A DNA stretch of 64,000 nt, from the IMG/VR virus record IMGVR_UViG_3300011116_001007. One strand, 5' to 3'. Below are positions 1 to 9,269 of this stretch, one piece after another (the first letter of the stretch is position 1; each line of letters starts with the position of its first letter). Below the pieces are notes generated by a model that saw only the letters and a program-made list of their open reading frames with translations, ran no database searches and was not told the DNA's origin. The translations under genes and the position numbers were made by a program. The stretch is from a virus. Lineage: Duplodnaviria > Caudoviricetes.

Positions 1-761
1 ATTTCTTCAACATCCTCTGGGCTGGAACTTTGGCACAACAACGACCTTGCTTCGCGTATTTGCCCTTGCTTGAACATGTGTACACAGTCCAGTTTCCAAT
101 CTCTTGCACTGCGATCGCCTGCGCCTGGCGCTGACAACGTGCCCGACTGTGAATTCATCTGCAGCAGATTCAGGCATTTACGCATGTCTGGGTAAGTGGC
201 TTTGACATAACTGTCTAAGGTATCAATGTCAAATTCCACATTTTCTGTGACCAACACAGTGGCAACCCTGGCAGTGAATTCCACATGGTCTGTTTTGACA
301 ATATGGAATCCTTGGCACCGACTGTGCAGCGGAGCAATGATCTTGTGTGGGAAATTGCAAGTCAACACAAAACGCACAGTCTGACTGTAATCTTCCATGA
401 GATTACGCAATGCAGGTTGCACACTATTGGGATTCATGTAGTCTGCTTCGTCAATCAACACCACTTTGAATTTGCCAAATGGCATGGTCTGACAAAAGCT
501 GATCAGTCGATCCACCCATTCAACTTTTCTAGCTTCTTTAGATCCATTGGCGTACATCACATCATATTCGTCAACACCTAATTCATTGATCAGCAGCTTG
601 GCCAGAGTAGTTTTACCTGTGCCTGCTGACCCACTCAGCATGAGATGCGGAATGCTGCCATCTTGTATCCATTGTTTCACTTGATCGCGTTGTTGATCAT
701 CCACAAACACATAGCCGTCCATGGTGTCGGGACGATACTGTTCTACCCAGAGTTGTTTCAT
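1..761 (-). CDS. Clamp loader small subunit (RFC/T4 gp44-like AAA+ ATPase), C-terminus runs off window
   Basis: Manual translation: MKQLWVEQYRP, Walker A GSAGTGKT, Walker B VLIDEAD, sensor/Arg-finger LTCN...HSRC; ATG overlaps upstream TGA. Confidence 0.9.
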   Translation of the reverse strand, partial: MKQLWVEQYRPDTMDGYVFVDDQQRDQVKQWIQDGSIPHLMLSGSAGTGKTTLAKLLINELGVDEYDVMYANGSKEARKVEWVDRLISFCQTMPFGKFKVVLIDEADYMNPNSVQPALRNLMEDYSQTVRFVLTCNFPHKIIAPLHSRCQGFHIVKTDHVEFTARVATVLVTENVEFDIDTLDSYVKATYPDMRKCLNLLQMNSQSGTLSAPGAGDRSARDWKLDCVHMFKQGQIREARSLLCQSSSPEDVEE

Positions 762-1021
762 TGATTGTTACCTAGATTTTTTGAATTTAAAATTGACCAC
801 ATTTGCGTTTGGTCGCGCTCCAACTGTTGCTGTTCCAACCATTCTTGCTCAGGAGCATAAGTTGGACACCGCTTCAACATGTCTTCTAGTGCAAATTGTA
901 TACGATATAAATCTTGTTTGCAACCCCAAGTGGTAAAACCGTCCATGTTAGGATCCGAAGTGGCAAAATAAATTCTTTGTAGTTTGCCAATGATCTCATC
1001 AGCATTCCAATTCTTTATCAT
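758..1021 (-). CDS. Hypothetical protein
   Basis: 87 aa ORF, overlaps both neighbours in the operon. Confidence 0.7.
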   Translation of the reverse strand: MIKNWNADEIIGKLQRIYFATSDPNMDGFTTWGCKQDLYRIQFALEDMLKRCPTYAPEQEWLEQQQLERDQTQMWSILNSKNLGNNQ

Positions 1022-1422
1022 CAGTTGTGTTGCATGTATGTGGGTTTGGCCTCTACATGTATAGCAGTAGAGAATGTGTCGTCGGCTGGCGCCTCGTCAG
1101 ACACCATCATGATGTCTTTGGGATCCACTCTTCGCAAAGTGACCTTGCCCGATTCATCTTCTATGTCAATGCCTCGGGTCCAGCGGCCGTGCTCTACGCA
1201 CACCCATTGACCTTCAACAACGTCTTTTTGTTCAGGGCCCACAGCATACACTCGACCCCACCGCGGACGAATTCCGGTGCTTTTGCCATTGTCGCTGGGA
1301 ATAATAATACCACCAGTACTGAGACGCACATCAAATACCATTTCGCTCACAATCACAGATTCTCCCAATGGGCGAAGTTGACTGCGTTTTATTTCATGTG
1401 GTGCGTATGCTGCTTTGATCAT
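1021..1422 (-). CDS. groES: Co-chaperonin GroES (Cpn10)-like
   Basis: LRPLGESVIV...GGIIIP mobile loop...GRVYAVGP...DIM. Confidence 0.85.
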   Translation of the reverse strand: MIKAAYAPHEIKRSQLRPLGESVIVSEMVFDVRLSTGGIIIPSDNGKSTGIRPRWGRVYAVGPEQKDVVEGQWVCVEHGRWTRGIDIEDESGKVTLRRVDPKDIMMVSDEAPADDTFSTAIHVEAKPTYMQHN

Positions 1423-1631
1423 TGATGTCCTCTGGTGTTTTGAACTTGCTTGTTGTATTGATTGTTGATTTGTTGATTTCGTGCTTGAATTATTTCATTG
1501 TCATCATTGACCAGATCTCCGCGAGCATTCACTTTCATATTGCCCACAGCACGAACCTTTTCATTTCGTTGACGCAATGCACCCATGTCTACTGCTTTGC
1601 CATTGGCGCTTTTGTATATATCTTTTGACAT
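1419..1631 (-). CDS. Hypothetical protein
   Basis: 70 aa ORF; AGGAGG SD and TAAATA motif upstream. Confidence 0.75.
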   Translation of the reverse strand: MSKDIYKSANGKAVDMGALRQRNEKVRAVGNMKVNARGDLVNDDNEIIQARNQQINNQYNKQVQNTRGHQ

Positions 1632-1653
1632 TGTGTACCTCCTAAAACAATAT

Positions 1654-2166
1654 TTAACGCAAAAATTCAGCGACGTCTAAATTATAATGCAAACTGTCAA
1701 TGCGATGCACTCCCAATTTGTACAACACATAACTGGCCACACTACTGCCTCGGCCCACACCCCAGATCACTTGATTCTGAGTCATTGTGTCCACTAGGTA
1801 TTTCAAGTAACGCAATAGGTCAAACAAGTTGCGTTCTTGATACAACAACAATTCTTGCCCACATCGTTGCAATTCATCGTTGTTGTTGCAGCAGCTCAAC
1901 ACCAACTCTGCAATATCCAACGTTTTGTATTCTGCAGGCATGTGCCAATTTTGCTGGCACTGTTGATCAAATTGTTCTGTGGATATAGATTCCACATCTT
2001 TATTATAGATTTCAAAAGCTGGGATATTTTGTAATATATCTGCCGCTGCTGACAAATTCACCGAATCGTCAACTGTGTATCCAGCAAACTGCTGATTGCC
2101 CTGCATCAGCTGATTCACAAGATCAGTTTGATCAAAAATCATTTGCCCGTGACAGTTAGTTTTCAT
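1654..2166 (-). CDS. Stand-alone fragment of DNA polymerase III alpha (DnaE)
   Basis: C-terminal GVGRGSSVASYVLYKLGVHRIDSLHYNLDVAEFL matches the DnaE GRGS...FERFL segment; about 170 aa; start moved to MKTNCH. Confidence 0.8.
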   Translation of the reverse strand: MKTNCHGQMIFDQTDLVNQLMQGNQQFAGYTVDDSVNLSAAADILQNIPAFEIYNKDVESISTEQFDQQCQQNWHMPAEYKTLDIAELVLSCCNNNDELQRCGQELLLYQERNLFDLLRYLKYLVDTMTQNQVIWGVGRGSSVASYVLYKLGVHRIDSLHYNLDVAEFLR

Positions 2167-2752
2167 TTTTGGTAAAGTTGGCGTACACCACGGTGTTGGC
2201 AACATCTTTGGATTCTGTATCTGGCCAGTCAAGTCCAAACTCTCTCCAATTTTTATGTTTGATTTTGACTATGTTGGTTTTGGTATCAGATGGCACATTT
2301 TTTGTGCGGATGGCCGTGGAATCGTTCCACCAACCCGTTTGATGAAATGGCCCAATGGGATCTTCTTCGTCATGCAGATAGCACACATTGTCACCAAGGC
2401 TTGAACTCAGTTCCAATTGTGTTATTTCCATACGCCCTTCCATGATAGCATTGAGTTTGTAGTATAACATCATACCAACAATCTGATCAACTGGTTCTTC
2501 AGGTAGTGTGGTAACATCAATACCCATTTGGTTCATTATTTCTTCATGGTCGGGCCAGCAAGAATTTATAAAAACTGTGCTGTTGAGTCCGTCTACGAAC
2601 GTTTTGACTCTTTCCAGGGCTATGTTGCTGTTGGCAGAGTCCAATGTACGTGTGAGTAGATTCATACCCACGTTATAAGAATTCATCTGTAATCGATCAT
2701 CAAAATACACACCTGCTAAAAAGGCAGTTTCATAGTAGAGTCGCACGTTCAT
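2156..2752 (-). CDS. Hypothetical protein
   Basis: 198 aa ORF, overlaps both neighbours. Confidence 0.75.
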   Translation of the reverse strand: MNVRLYYETAFLAGVYFDDRLQMNSYNVGMNLLTRTLDSANSNIALERVKTFVDGLNSTVFINSCWPDHEEIMNQMGIDVTTLPEEPVDQIVGMMLYYKLNAIMEGRMEITQLELSSSLGDNVCYLHDEEDPIGPFHQTGWWNDSTAIRTKNVPSDTKTNIVKIKHKNWREFGLDWPDTESKDVANTVVYANFTKNEN

Positions 2753-2985
2753 TTGATATCAATCTTGCTGTTAAAATTGCTGTCTTCAATTTGCTTACGA
2801 TAAGTTTCTTGAACTTTTTCTTGATACTTGGTTTGGTAACTTTCAACTGCCATCCTGATTTGGTTGCACAGATGCCCGTTGCCAGTTCGCATGGCAATGC
2901 TCAATTTGTTATTGAGGTCAGTGATCTTTTTGCTGAGATCTTCAACAGTCAGTGAGTCGAGATTACCAATTAAAGGATGTTCCAT
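2749..2985 (-). CDS. Hypothetical coiled-coil protein
   Basis: 78 aa ORF directly behind a sigma70-type promoter. Confidence 0.7.
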   Translation of the reverse strand: MEHPLIGNLDSLTVEDLSKKITDLNNKLSIAMRTGNGHLCNQIRMAVESYQTKYQEKVQETYRKQIEDSNFNSKIDIK

Positions 2986-2991
2986 TGTGCA

Positions 2992-3020
2992 AGTTTACTA
3001 CAAAATGCACTTGAAGTCAA
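2992..3020 (-). promoter_or_regulatory. Sigma70-type promoter
   Basis: TTGACT-N17-TAAACT, 6 nt before the ATG at 2985. Confidence 0.65.
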
Positions 3021-3029
3021 CCGTTAAGG

Positions 3030-4430
3030 TTAACTCCAGTTGCCCACAGATGCAACTGTATTAGTACCAATTGGAGTTAATTTTAAATAACTGTTGGCCA
3101 ATATGGTAGGAGCGCCACCGGGTGCTGCACTGTATTTTATTTGCGGAGTGAATGAGCCGGCTGTGTTGGTACGAACCACGCCTCTGATGGTCACTGTGAT
3201 ATTTTCTGTGGCTGTGGTAGAAGCTGCTGTGACCGCAGTTGCAGTGGCACCTGTGGCGTAGATTCGGCTTACGGTTCCTAATGCATTGCCGGTGGTTGAT
3301 GTGGTATCGGCTGTGTATGCAATGCTGGTCAATGTGCCGCCCAACGCAAATAGTGTACTTAATGTATGACTGGTAGTGCCGGCTGCTCTAGTGATATAGT
3401 ACACTGCTTCCAAAAAGTAACTGGTGCTGCCTGGCAAAGTGATTGTTCCGCTGGCTGGCGAATTAAACACTGATTGAGCAGTGCTCACGTCACTGCCAAC
3501 ATAGTCGGTGGTCAACACAATAAAATGCTCAGTGGGCATCACCCCACGTTGACTTGATTGTGCAGTTCCGTAGAACACTTGTCCATCATATTCTTGGGCA
3601 CCTGCAATGGCCGAAGTGAGGTTGACACCAGAAGTGTACACAATCGGCGCATTGGTCACTGTACCAGCCACGGGACGAATCAACCCTGTTACGTTGCCGC
3701 CTGTGACATTGCCTGTGGCGCTGACAATTCCGCCAGTTGATACGTTGCCGCCAGCAATGTTACCTGTGGCGCTGACAATTCCGCCAGTTGATACGTTGCC
3801 GCCAGCAATGTTACCTGTTGCAGTAAAAGAAACCACAGAGAATGATGTGAAATTGGTCAATGCACGATTCAAATCAAATATAGTAATAGTGGTGCCGGCG
3901 TCATAGGTGCCAAAAGCAAACTCATAATAGCCAGTACTACTGAAAGTAATTACTCCTGCAGAATATCCTTGAATACCGCCAGTGCCCAGCGTGACAGCAG
4001 CCGGCAATGTTACTGTGTGCGTTATATCAGTTATGTTTATTTGCACTTTCACATAGCCGTATTGTCCAGTGGGCGGAAAATTACTAAATGCTAACGTGAT
4101 GTTACCTGTGGTACTGACAGTTTGATAAGGCGCAGTAGTGTAATCAACAGTGACTGTTCCGCTGGTGGTAGTGAGTGCTGTTTTTACTTCACTGATATCT
4201 TGCAATTGAGCACCCACCAACAGCGCATCATTCATGTTGTTGTCCAAGGTGGTGCCAGTCAATGCAGCTTTGAGTATGACTTTGGATTGAAGGTCATTGA
4301 TTTCATTTTCTGCATATTGGAAATTGGTTTTGGTATTGGTAAAATTATCACGGAAGCCTTGACTGTTGTTGTCCTGTCCGGCCACCGGGTATGCTCCGTC
4401 GATGATATTTGGGTTGATGTTACTTGACAT
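3030..4430 (-). CDS. Virion structural protein (tail/baseplate fibre-like); paralog of 4448-5347
   Basis: N-terminus NINPNIIDGAYPVAGQDNNSQGFRDNFTN; Thr/Gly-rich beta repeats. Confidence 0.65.
   Translation of the reverse strand: MSSNINPNIIDGAYPVAGQDNNSQGFRDNFTNTKTNFQYAENEINDLQSKVILKAALTGTTLDNNMNDALLVGAQLQDISEVKTALTTTSGTVTVDYTTAPYQTVSTTGNITLAFSNFPPTGQYGYVKVQINITDITHTVTLPAAVTLGTGGIQGYSAGVITFSSTGYYEFAFGTYDAGTTITIFDLNRALTNFTSFSVVSFTATGNIAGGNVSTGGIVSATGNIAGGNVSTGGIVSATGNVTGGNVTGLIRPVAGTVTNAPIVYTSGVNLTSAIAGAQEYDGQVFYGTAQSSQRGVMPTEHFIVLTTDYVGSDVSTAQSVFNSPASGTITLPGSTSYFLEAVYYITRAAGTTSHTLSTLFALGGTLTSIAYTADTTSTTGNALGTVSRIYATGATATAVTAASTTATENITVTIRGVVRTNTAGSFTPQIKYSAAPGGAPTILANSYLKLTPIGTNTVASVGNWS
3712..3818. 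repeat. Tandem 51-bp (17 aa) duplication in fibre gene
   Basis: cctgtggcgctgacaattccgccagttgatacgttgccgccagcaatgtta at 3712; repeated at 3763. Confidence 0.9.
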
Positions 4431-4447
4431 TCTAGATCCTTGTGCAA

Positions 4448-5347
4448 TTACGCAAACGTGCAGCCATTGTTACCAATGCAAAACCATTTGGAATTGGTAT
4501 ATTGTAATGTGCAGCCACAACCAAGTGTGGCAAATGTGATGGTTCCTGTGCCACTGGCTTTCCAGCCAGCATTGGCCACTGTGATGACCATGTTGCCTGA
4601 CGCAATGGCCACTGCGCTGAATACTTTGATTTGCCCTGTTGTACCTGCTGCCAATGTGGCTGTTTCGGCAGCGGCTGTGGTAAAATAACTGGTAGTTTTT
4701 GTCAAACTGGCAGCAGCACTAGCTGCAAGATCTTCACTGCCAGTCAAGAACAGTGGATTGATAAATCTGTTGCGTGGTCTAGTGAGTTCGCTGAGATAAA
4801 TGGTTGTGCCACCATCATCTGTGTGGAATTGAAATTCATATGTGCCGGTTTCTGCAAATGTGATCACATTGCTAGCAATGCCCTGTATGCCCAGCACAGA
4901 TGCGGCGCTGGCGCCAGTGCCTACTGCACTTGGCAGTGTCAAAGTGTGTGCAGTGCTGGCCACGGTCACACGCACTATGAGCCAACCTTGCTGTGCTGCT
5001 GCTGGAAAGTTGTTGAATGCCAACGTAACCGACCCTGATGTGGTCAATGTCTGATAATGCCCATTGGCATAATCGATTGTGACTGTGCCACTTGTGGTAC
5101 CAATAGCATAGCGTGTGGCAGAGAAATCTCGCATCTGACCATCTATCAACAATGCTCCGGCAAAATTATTGGTAACTCCGGCACCAGTGGTCACTGTGTT
5201 GGATTGTAATGCAGTAATTTCGGACGCAGCATACTCAAAATTAGTTTTGATATTGGTAAAATTATCGCGCATGCCTTTGGTGCTGTTGTCTTGTCCAGCT
5301 ACCGGATACGATCCATTGATGAGGTTTGGGTTGATGCTACTTGTCAT
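4448..5347 (-). CDS. Virion structural protein; paralog of 3030-4430
   Basis: SINPNLINGSYPVAGQDNSTKGMRDNFTN; the first ~190 aa align with the downstream gene. Confidence 0.65.
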   Translation of the reverse strand: MTSSINPNLINGSYPVAGQDNSTKGMRDNFTNIKTNFEYAASEITALQSNTVTTGAGVTNNFAGALLIDGQMRDFSATRYAIGTTSGTVTIDYANGHYQTLTTSGSVTLAFNNFPAAAQQGWLIVRVTVASTAHTLTLPSAVGTGASAASVLGIQGIASNVITFAETGTYEFQFHTDDGGTTIYLSELTRPRNRFINPLFLTGSEDLAASAAASLTKTTSYFTTAAAETATLAAGTTGQIKVFSAVAIASGNMVITVANAGWKASGTGTITFATLGCGCTLQYTNSKWFCIGNNGCTFA

Positions 5348-5359
5348 ATTGTTTGCAGG

Positions 5360-8300
5360 TTAAACCAAGATATTAGCCTTGGGAAATACCAGATATTTAT
5401 CATAGGTATCTGTTGGATCATACATATCCACGGGTTCAATCCAGGCCACGCTGCCTTCGTCAAATATAGTTTGTGTGCTAGAACTTTCCGTCACTGTGGT
5501 CCATGTCACACGAGTCAGTCCCGGCGGAGGACTACCAGCAAAGTACAATTGAGTGCCATGATATTGCACTCCTTGGTCAACAGTCACATATTGATTTTGC
5601 CCAGTTTGTTGACTTAGAGTCAATGTCACTATGCCTTCAGAACTCACAGATACCAGCCAAATTCCCATGCGTTGATTATTAAACCCAGCAGTCATTGATC
5701 CACTGGCATTTGACAATGCATACGCAGTTCCTGGATTGGCCGGATCTTCTAACGTAAAATGTGTAAGATCGTCTACAGTTAAAATATTGAATGCAGTAAT
5801 TATTCCAGTTAAGGCATCGGTAGTGCCTGACACCAAGCCTGACAGATCATCGCCGGTAAACCATATTGCGTCTCCAGCAGTCATGCCAACTGTGCTAACA
5901 CAAGTCACACGATCAGTTGCTGCCACAGTGGCTGTACATGATACTGTGCTGCCGCCGGCCACTGTGGTTGAGGCATCGTATCCTGTGCCCGGAGTTTCTG
6001 GAGCATATGGTCCGCTGCTGTAGGTGGCAGTATAATATTGCCAGGCATCATCTGTGGTAGCATAATCATCAAATGCTTCTTGTTTGGCAAAAATCAATGT
6101 GGCACCATCAATAAGTGCAGCGTTAATTAGCCCGTCGATGCCACCTAAATTATTGATATAATCAATTGATCTGGCATTGACATCGGTAAATGCCAGGCGA
6201 GTGGCGTAAGTGACCGGTCCCAACGCTTGAAGATCTATACTGGCGTAACGATCGAATGTGGTCAAGCTGGGCTTTGGCGTCCAATCTTGTGTGGCGGTAT
6301 CCCAGTTTTTACTCAAGGTAGAATCAAGTACGTATCGATCTACTTTGAAATCTACTTGATTCAGTTGCACTCCAAATTGTGTTTGTATGTAATAGGCAAT
6401 TTGTTTAGAACGATTGGGCTGTGTATAGCATATTACCCAAGCTGGCGTAAATCCCAACACTCGACCATTGGCTTGTTTGCTGGTCATCCATAATGGCAAT
6501 TTATTGGAAATTTGTCCTACCACATCAATCACTTGATCTCGCATGTTTTGCAAACTGTTGGGGTAGACCACATTGATTTGACTGCTGCCATCTGCAGGAT
6601 CTGTAATTGCATAAGGCAACGCCACAATCTTGCTTACACTTTGTCCGGCTGCATTGGTAAGATCGTCAATTATGCGTGAATAGACCACTTCGTATATTAC
6701 GTTGCCAAGTTCATCAGTTGCCTGTGCAGTTGCAATTTCGCCCAGTACTAAATTTTTCCAATAGTGATTTTCGTACAAGCTGCCGACATAGGTATCCAAA
6801 GAGTCTGGCGCCAGGCCAAATGCATGTTGATAAATCACTCGACGGCTCTTGCCAAAATTTGGATCATCGGGCCTGTAAATGTAATCAGGAACAAAAATAG
6901 TGTCGTTGCTTAGTAAACTGTCTATCAATACTCGGTCATTCAACGGTGGCATGGCCTGCACACTGAGATTTTGATAAGGTTTGTTGTATACTCTATTTAC
7001 TGTGACTGTGAATGTTTTGAACACACTGACCACATCCACTGCTCCAGTCAACCGCATGACCGGAGTTAACACAGCACCAGATCCACCGTAACCAGCTGTT
7101 ATTGTCAACGTAGCTGGTTCGGTGTATCCAGCCCCGAAATCATCTATTGCTACCGCAGTAATCACGCCACCATCCAGTGTCACAACACCAGCCACAGCCG
7201 GTTGTGCCGTAGCACCAATTGGTGAGTTAAATTGCAATACAGGTGGGTTTACATTGCTGTATCCAGATCCGCCGTCGGCCACTGTGACCCCCACCACGTC
7301 ATATGTGGGTTGACCTGTGTCCACAGCATAGGCATTGACAGTAAAGGTAAATTTGGTATCAAACACAGTTTCGCCAATGGAGGTGTTTAGTAAAGATGCC
7401 TGATTTTTATCAAATGTAGTATTTCCTAAATCTATAGCAAATGTATTAAAAGTGGTTCTGCCTACTATGTCTCCAGAGGGAAGTAGTTCAAGTCCTTGCG
7501 GTAACAAATTATAGGCTCCACTTTTCAACCTGTAAGATAATTCTCTACCACCGCGATTGACCGCTTCAATTTTGAGTATACTGGTAGATCCATTTTCAAT
7601 CACGCCCAAATCAGCAGGTGTATTCCAGGTAACTTCAGTATCAACTTCGCCCACTACTGTGATGGTAAACGGATATGGATCACTGGGCACCACCAGGCTG
7701 GCAGTCATTGAGCCCGATGCTGTTGTCAAAATCACAGGGTTGCCATCAGGTATGTAAACTGGTAGCTCTCCTGGATAGTTGGGATTGAGCATCATGTTTG
7801 CGGTCACTGTAAATTCAGTGATAAATTCATTGACGCTGACCACTGTGTTTACAAAATACATTGTGGTTGAAGAAGAACTCACGCCACCAAATACCGTACC
7901 TGAAAATACAATAGCTGTGCCTGGACCTAGTTGTGTAGGGCTTGTACAAGTTATCACATTGGTACCTGCTGTGGTAGCAGTACAAGTGATGGCCGTTCCT
8001 ATTGTGTCAGTTTGCCGAGCATAGATATTAAAACTGTATGTTACTTCTGTAACACCTTGATTGGGAATATAACCATAGTACCATCCAGATGTTGGATCCA
8101 ATCCCAGTCCAGGTGCAAATCCTGATCCTTGATTTACAGCTATGGTATAAGTTAAATCACTAGTGTCATAATCATTGGCCCTGAATTGATGAGCATAATA
8201 GTTGTCACTTCGAACCTTGCCAAGATCGCTAGGTAACGTATTGATCAAGAAAGGTCGGCGATATGGCGTTTCATCACTGGTAATACTGGTAGTATCAGCT

Positions 8301-9265
8301 GTAAATATAGTGTCATCGCCAGTGAGACTGGCTCGATCATACACATACATGTAAAAAGTACGTTGGCTCTGGCTCTTGCCGTCAGACACCTGCAATGTAA
8401 ATTCAAAATTTTTGTTGATAGCACTGAATATAAAATCGTATGGCACAGTGAAATCTGGTGTGAGATCATATCCTGGCGGTTTATCAACATTGACACTGGG
8501 TGCAATATAGCCTGACAATAGCCCCAAGGGCGAGATAGAAAGTCCACCGGGCAATTCACCCGATACCAACGTGACTATGTTGGTATCGCCAGGGTCAGTC
8601 CCTAAAATTTCAAACTGAAACTCCACACGATCGCTGTCATAAAATGTACCAATGGATCCAGGTGGTGTAATAAAATCAGGTACATTGTTGCCAGTGACTA
8701 CCAATTCAAATGTTCGATCTTTTATACGATCAGTTGAACCGTTGGCAAGTTTGGTATATGCTCGAATGGCAAATTTGCTGACCACATCTCTGTTGACCTG
8801 AAATGGCACACCTTGCAAACTGGCCACAGCCTGTGGTACTCCAACAATCAACCCATTGTCTGCACATTGAATACCCAACGGCAAATTTCCGGCTATGAGA
8901 GCAAAATAAACATGTTGCCTAAACACCGGAGTCATGACTCCTGTTGCTGTGGTCAATTGTAATGGAACATTGCTAAATTCTGTTGTGGTAATTCTAAATT
9001 TTGTGCTGCTGATCACATCCAACACAAAATATCTTACATAAGGATCTAAACCGCCGAATACTGCACCTTCAAACATCACATTGATATCTTGATACAGTCC
9101 TTCGGTACTGTTGCAAGTTATGGTATTGGTCACTGCATCTGTGGCAGTGCATGTGACGTTCAATGGCAATGCATCAGTGGCTGCAACCAAAGTAGACTGA
9201 TAAAATACTCCTTCGGGAATAACTCCCAAAAGACCTGCTTCAGAAATCCAAACTGGTTGTGCCAT
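5360..9265 (-). CDS. Large virion structural protein (baseplate wedge-like, Ig-like repeats)
   Basis: 1301 aa; repeated LPxGL.L...G.I.G Ig-like motifs; lies in structural block. Confidence 0.65.
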   Translation of the reverse strand: MAQPVWISEAGLLGVIPEGVFYQSTLVAATDALPLNVTCTATDAVTNTITCNSTEGLYQDINVMFEGAVFGGLDPYVRYFVLDVISSTKFRITTTEFSNVPLQLTTATGVMTPVFRQHVYFALIAGNLPLGIQCADNGLIVGVPQAVASLQGVPFQVNRDVVSKFAIRAYTKLANGSTDRIKDRTFELVVTGNNVPDFITPPGSIGTFYDSDRVEFQFEILGTDPGDTNIVTLVSGELPGGLSISPLGLLSGYIAPSVNVDKPPGYDLTPDFTVPYDFIFSAINKNFEFTLQVSDGKSQSQRTFYMYVYDRASLTGDDTIFTADTTSITSDETPYRRPFLINTLPSDLGKVRSDNYYAHQFRANDYDTSDLTYTIAVNQGSGFAPGLGLDPTSGWYYGYIPNQGVTEVTYSFNIYARQTDTIGTAITCTATTAGTNVITCTSPTQLGPGTAIVFSGTVFGGVSSSSTTMYFVNTVVSVNEFITEFTVTANMMLNPNYPGELPVYIPDGNPVILTTASGSMTASLVVPSDPYPFTITVVGEVDTEVTWNTPADLGVIENGSTSILKIEAVNRGGRELSYRLKSGAYNLLPQGLELLPSGDIVGRTTFNTFAIDLGNTTFDKNQASLLNTSIGETVFDTKFTFTVNAYAVDTGQPTYDVVGVTVADGGSGYSNVNPPVLQFNSPIGATAQPAVAGVVTLDGGVITAVAIDDFGAGYTEPATLTITAGYGGSGAVLTPVMRLTGAVDVVSVFKTFTVTVNRVYNKPYQNLSVQAMPPLNDRVLIDSLLSNDTIFVPDYIYRPDDPNFGKSRRVIYQHAFGLAPDSLDTYVGSLYENHYWKNLVLGEIATAQATDELGNVIYEVVYSRIIDDLTNAAGQSVSKIVALPYAITDPADGSSQINVVYPNSLQNMRDQVIDVVGQISNKLPLWMTSKQANGRVLGFTPAWVICYTQPNRSKQIAYYIQTQFGVQLNQVDFKVDRYVLDSTLSKNWDTATQDWTPKPSLTTFDRYASIDLQALGPVTYATRLAFTDVNARSIDYINNLGGIDGLINAALIDGATLIFAKQEAFDDYATTDDAWQYYTATYSSGPYAPETPGTGYDASTTVAGGSTVSCTATVAATDRVTCVSTVGMTAGDAIWFTGDDLSGLVSGTTDALTGIITAFNILTVDDLTHFTLEDPANPGTAYALSNASGSMTAGFNNQRMGIWLVSVSSEGIVTLTLSQQTGQNQYVTVDQGVQYHGTQLYFAGSPPPGLTRVTWTTVTESSSTQTIFDEGSVAWIEPVDMYDPTDTYDKYLVFPKANILV

Positions 9266-9269
9266 AATA

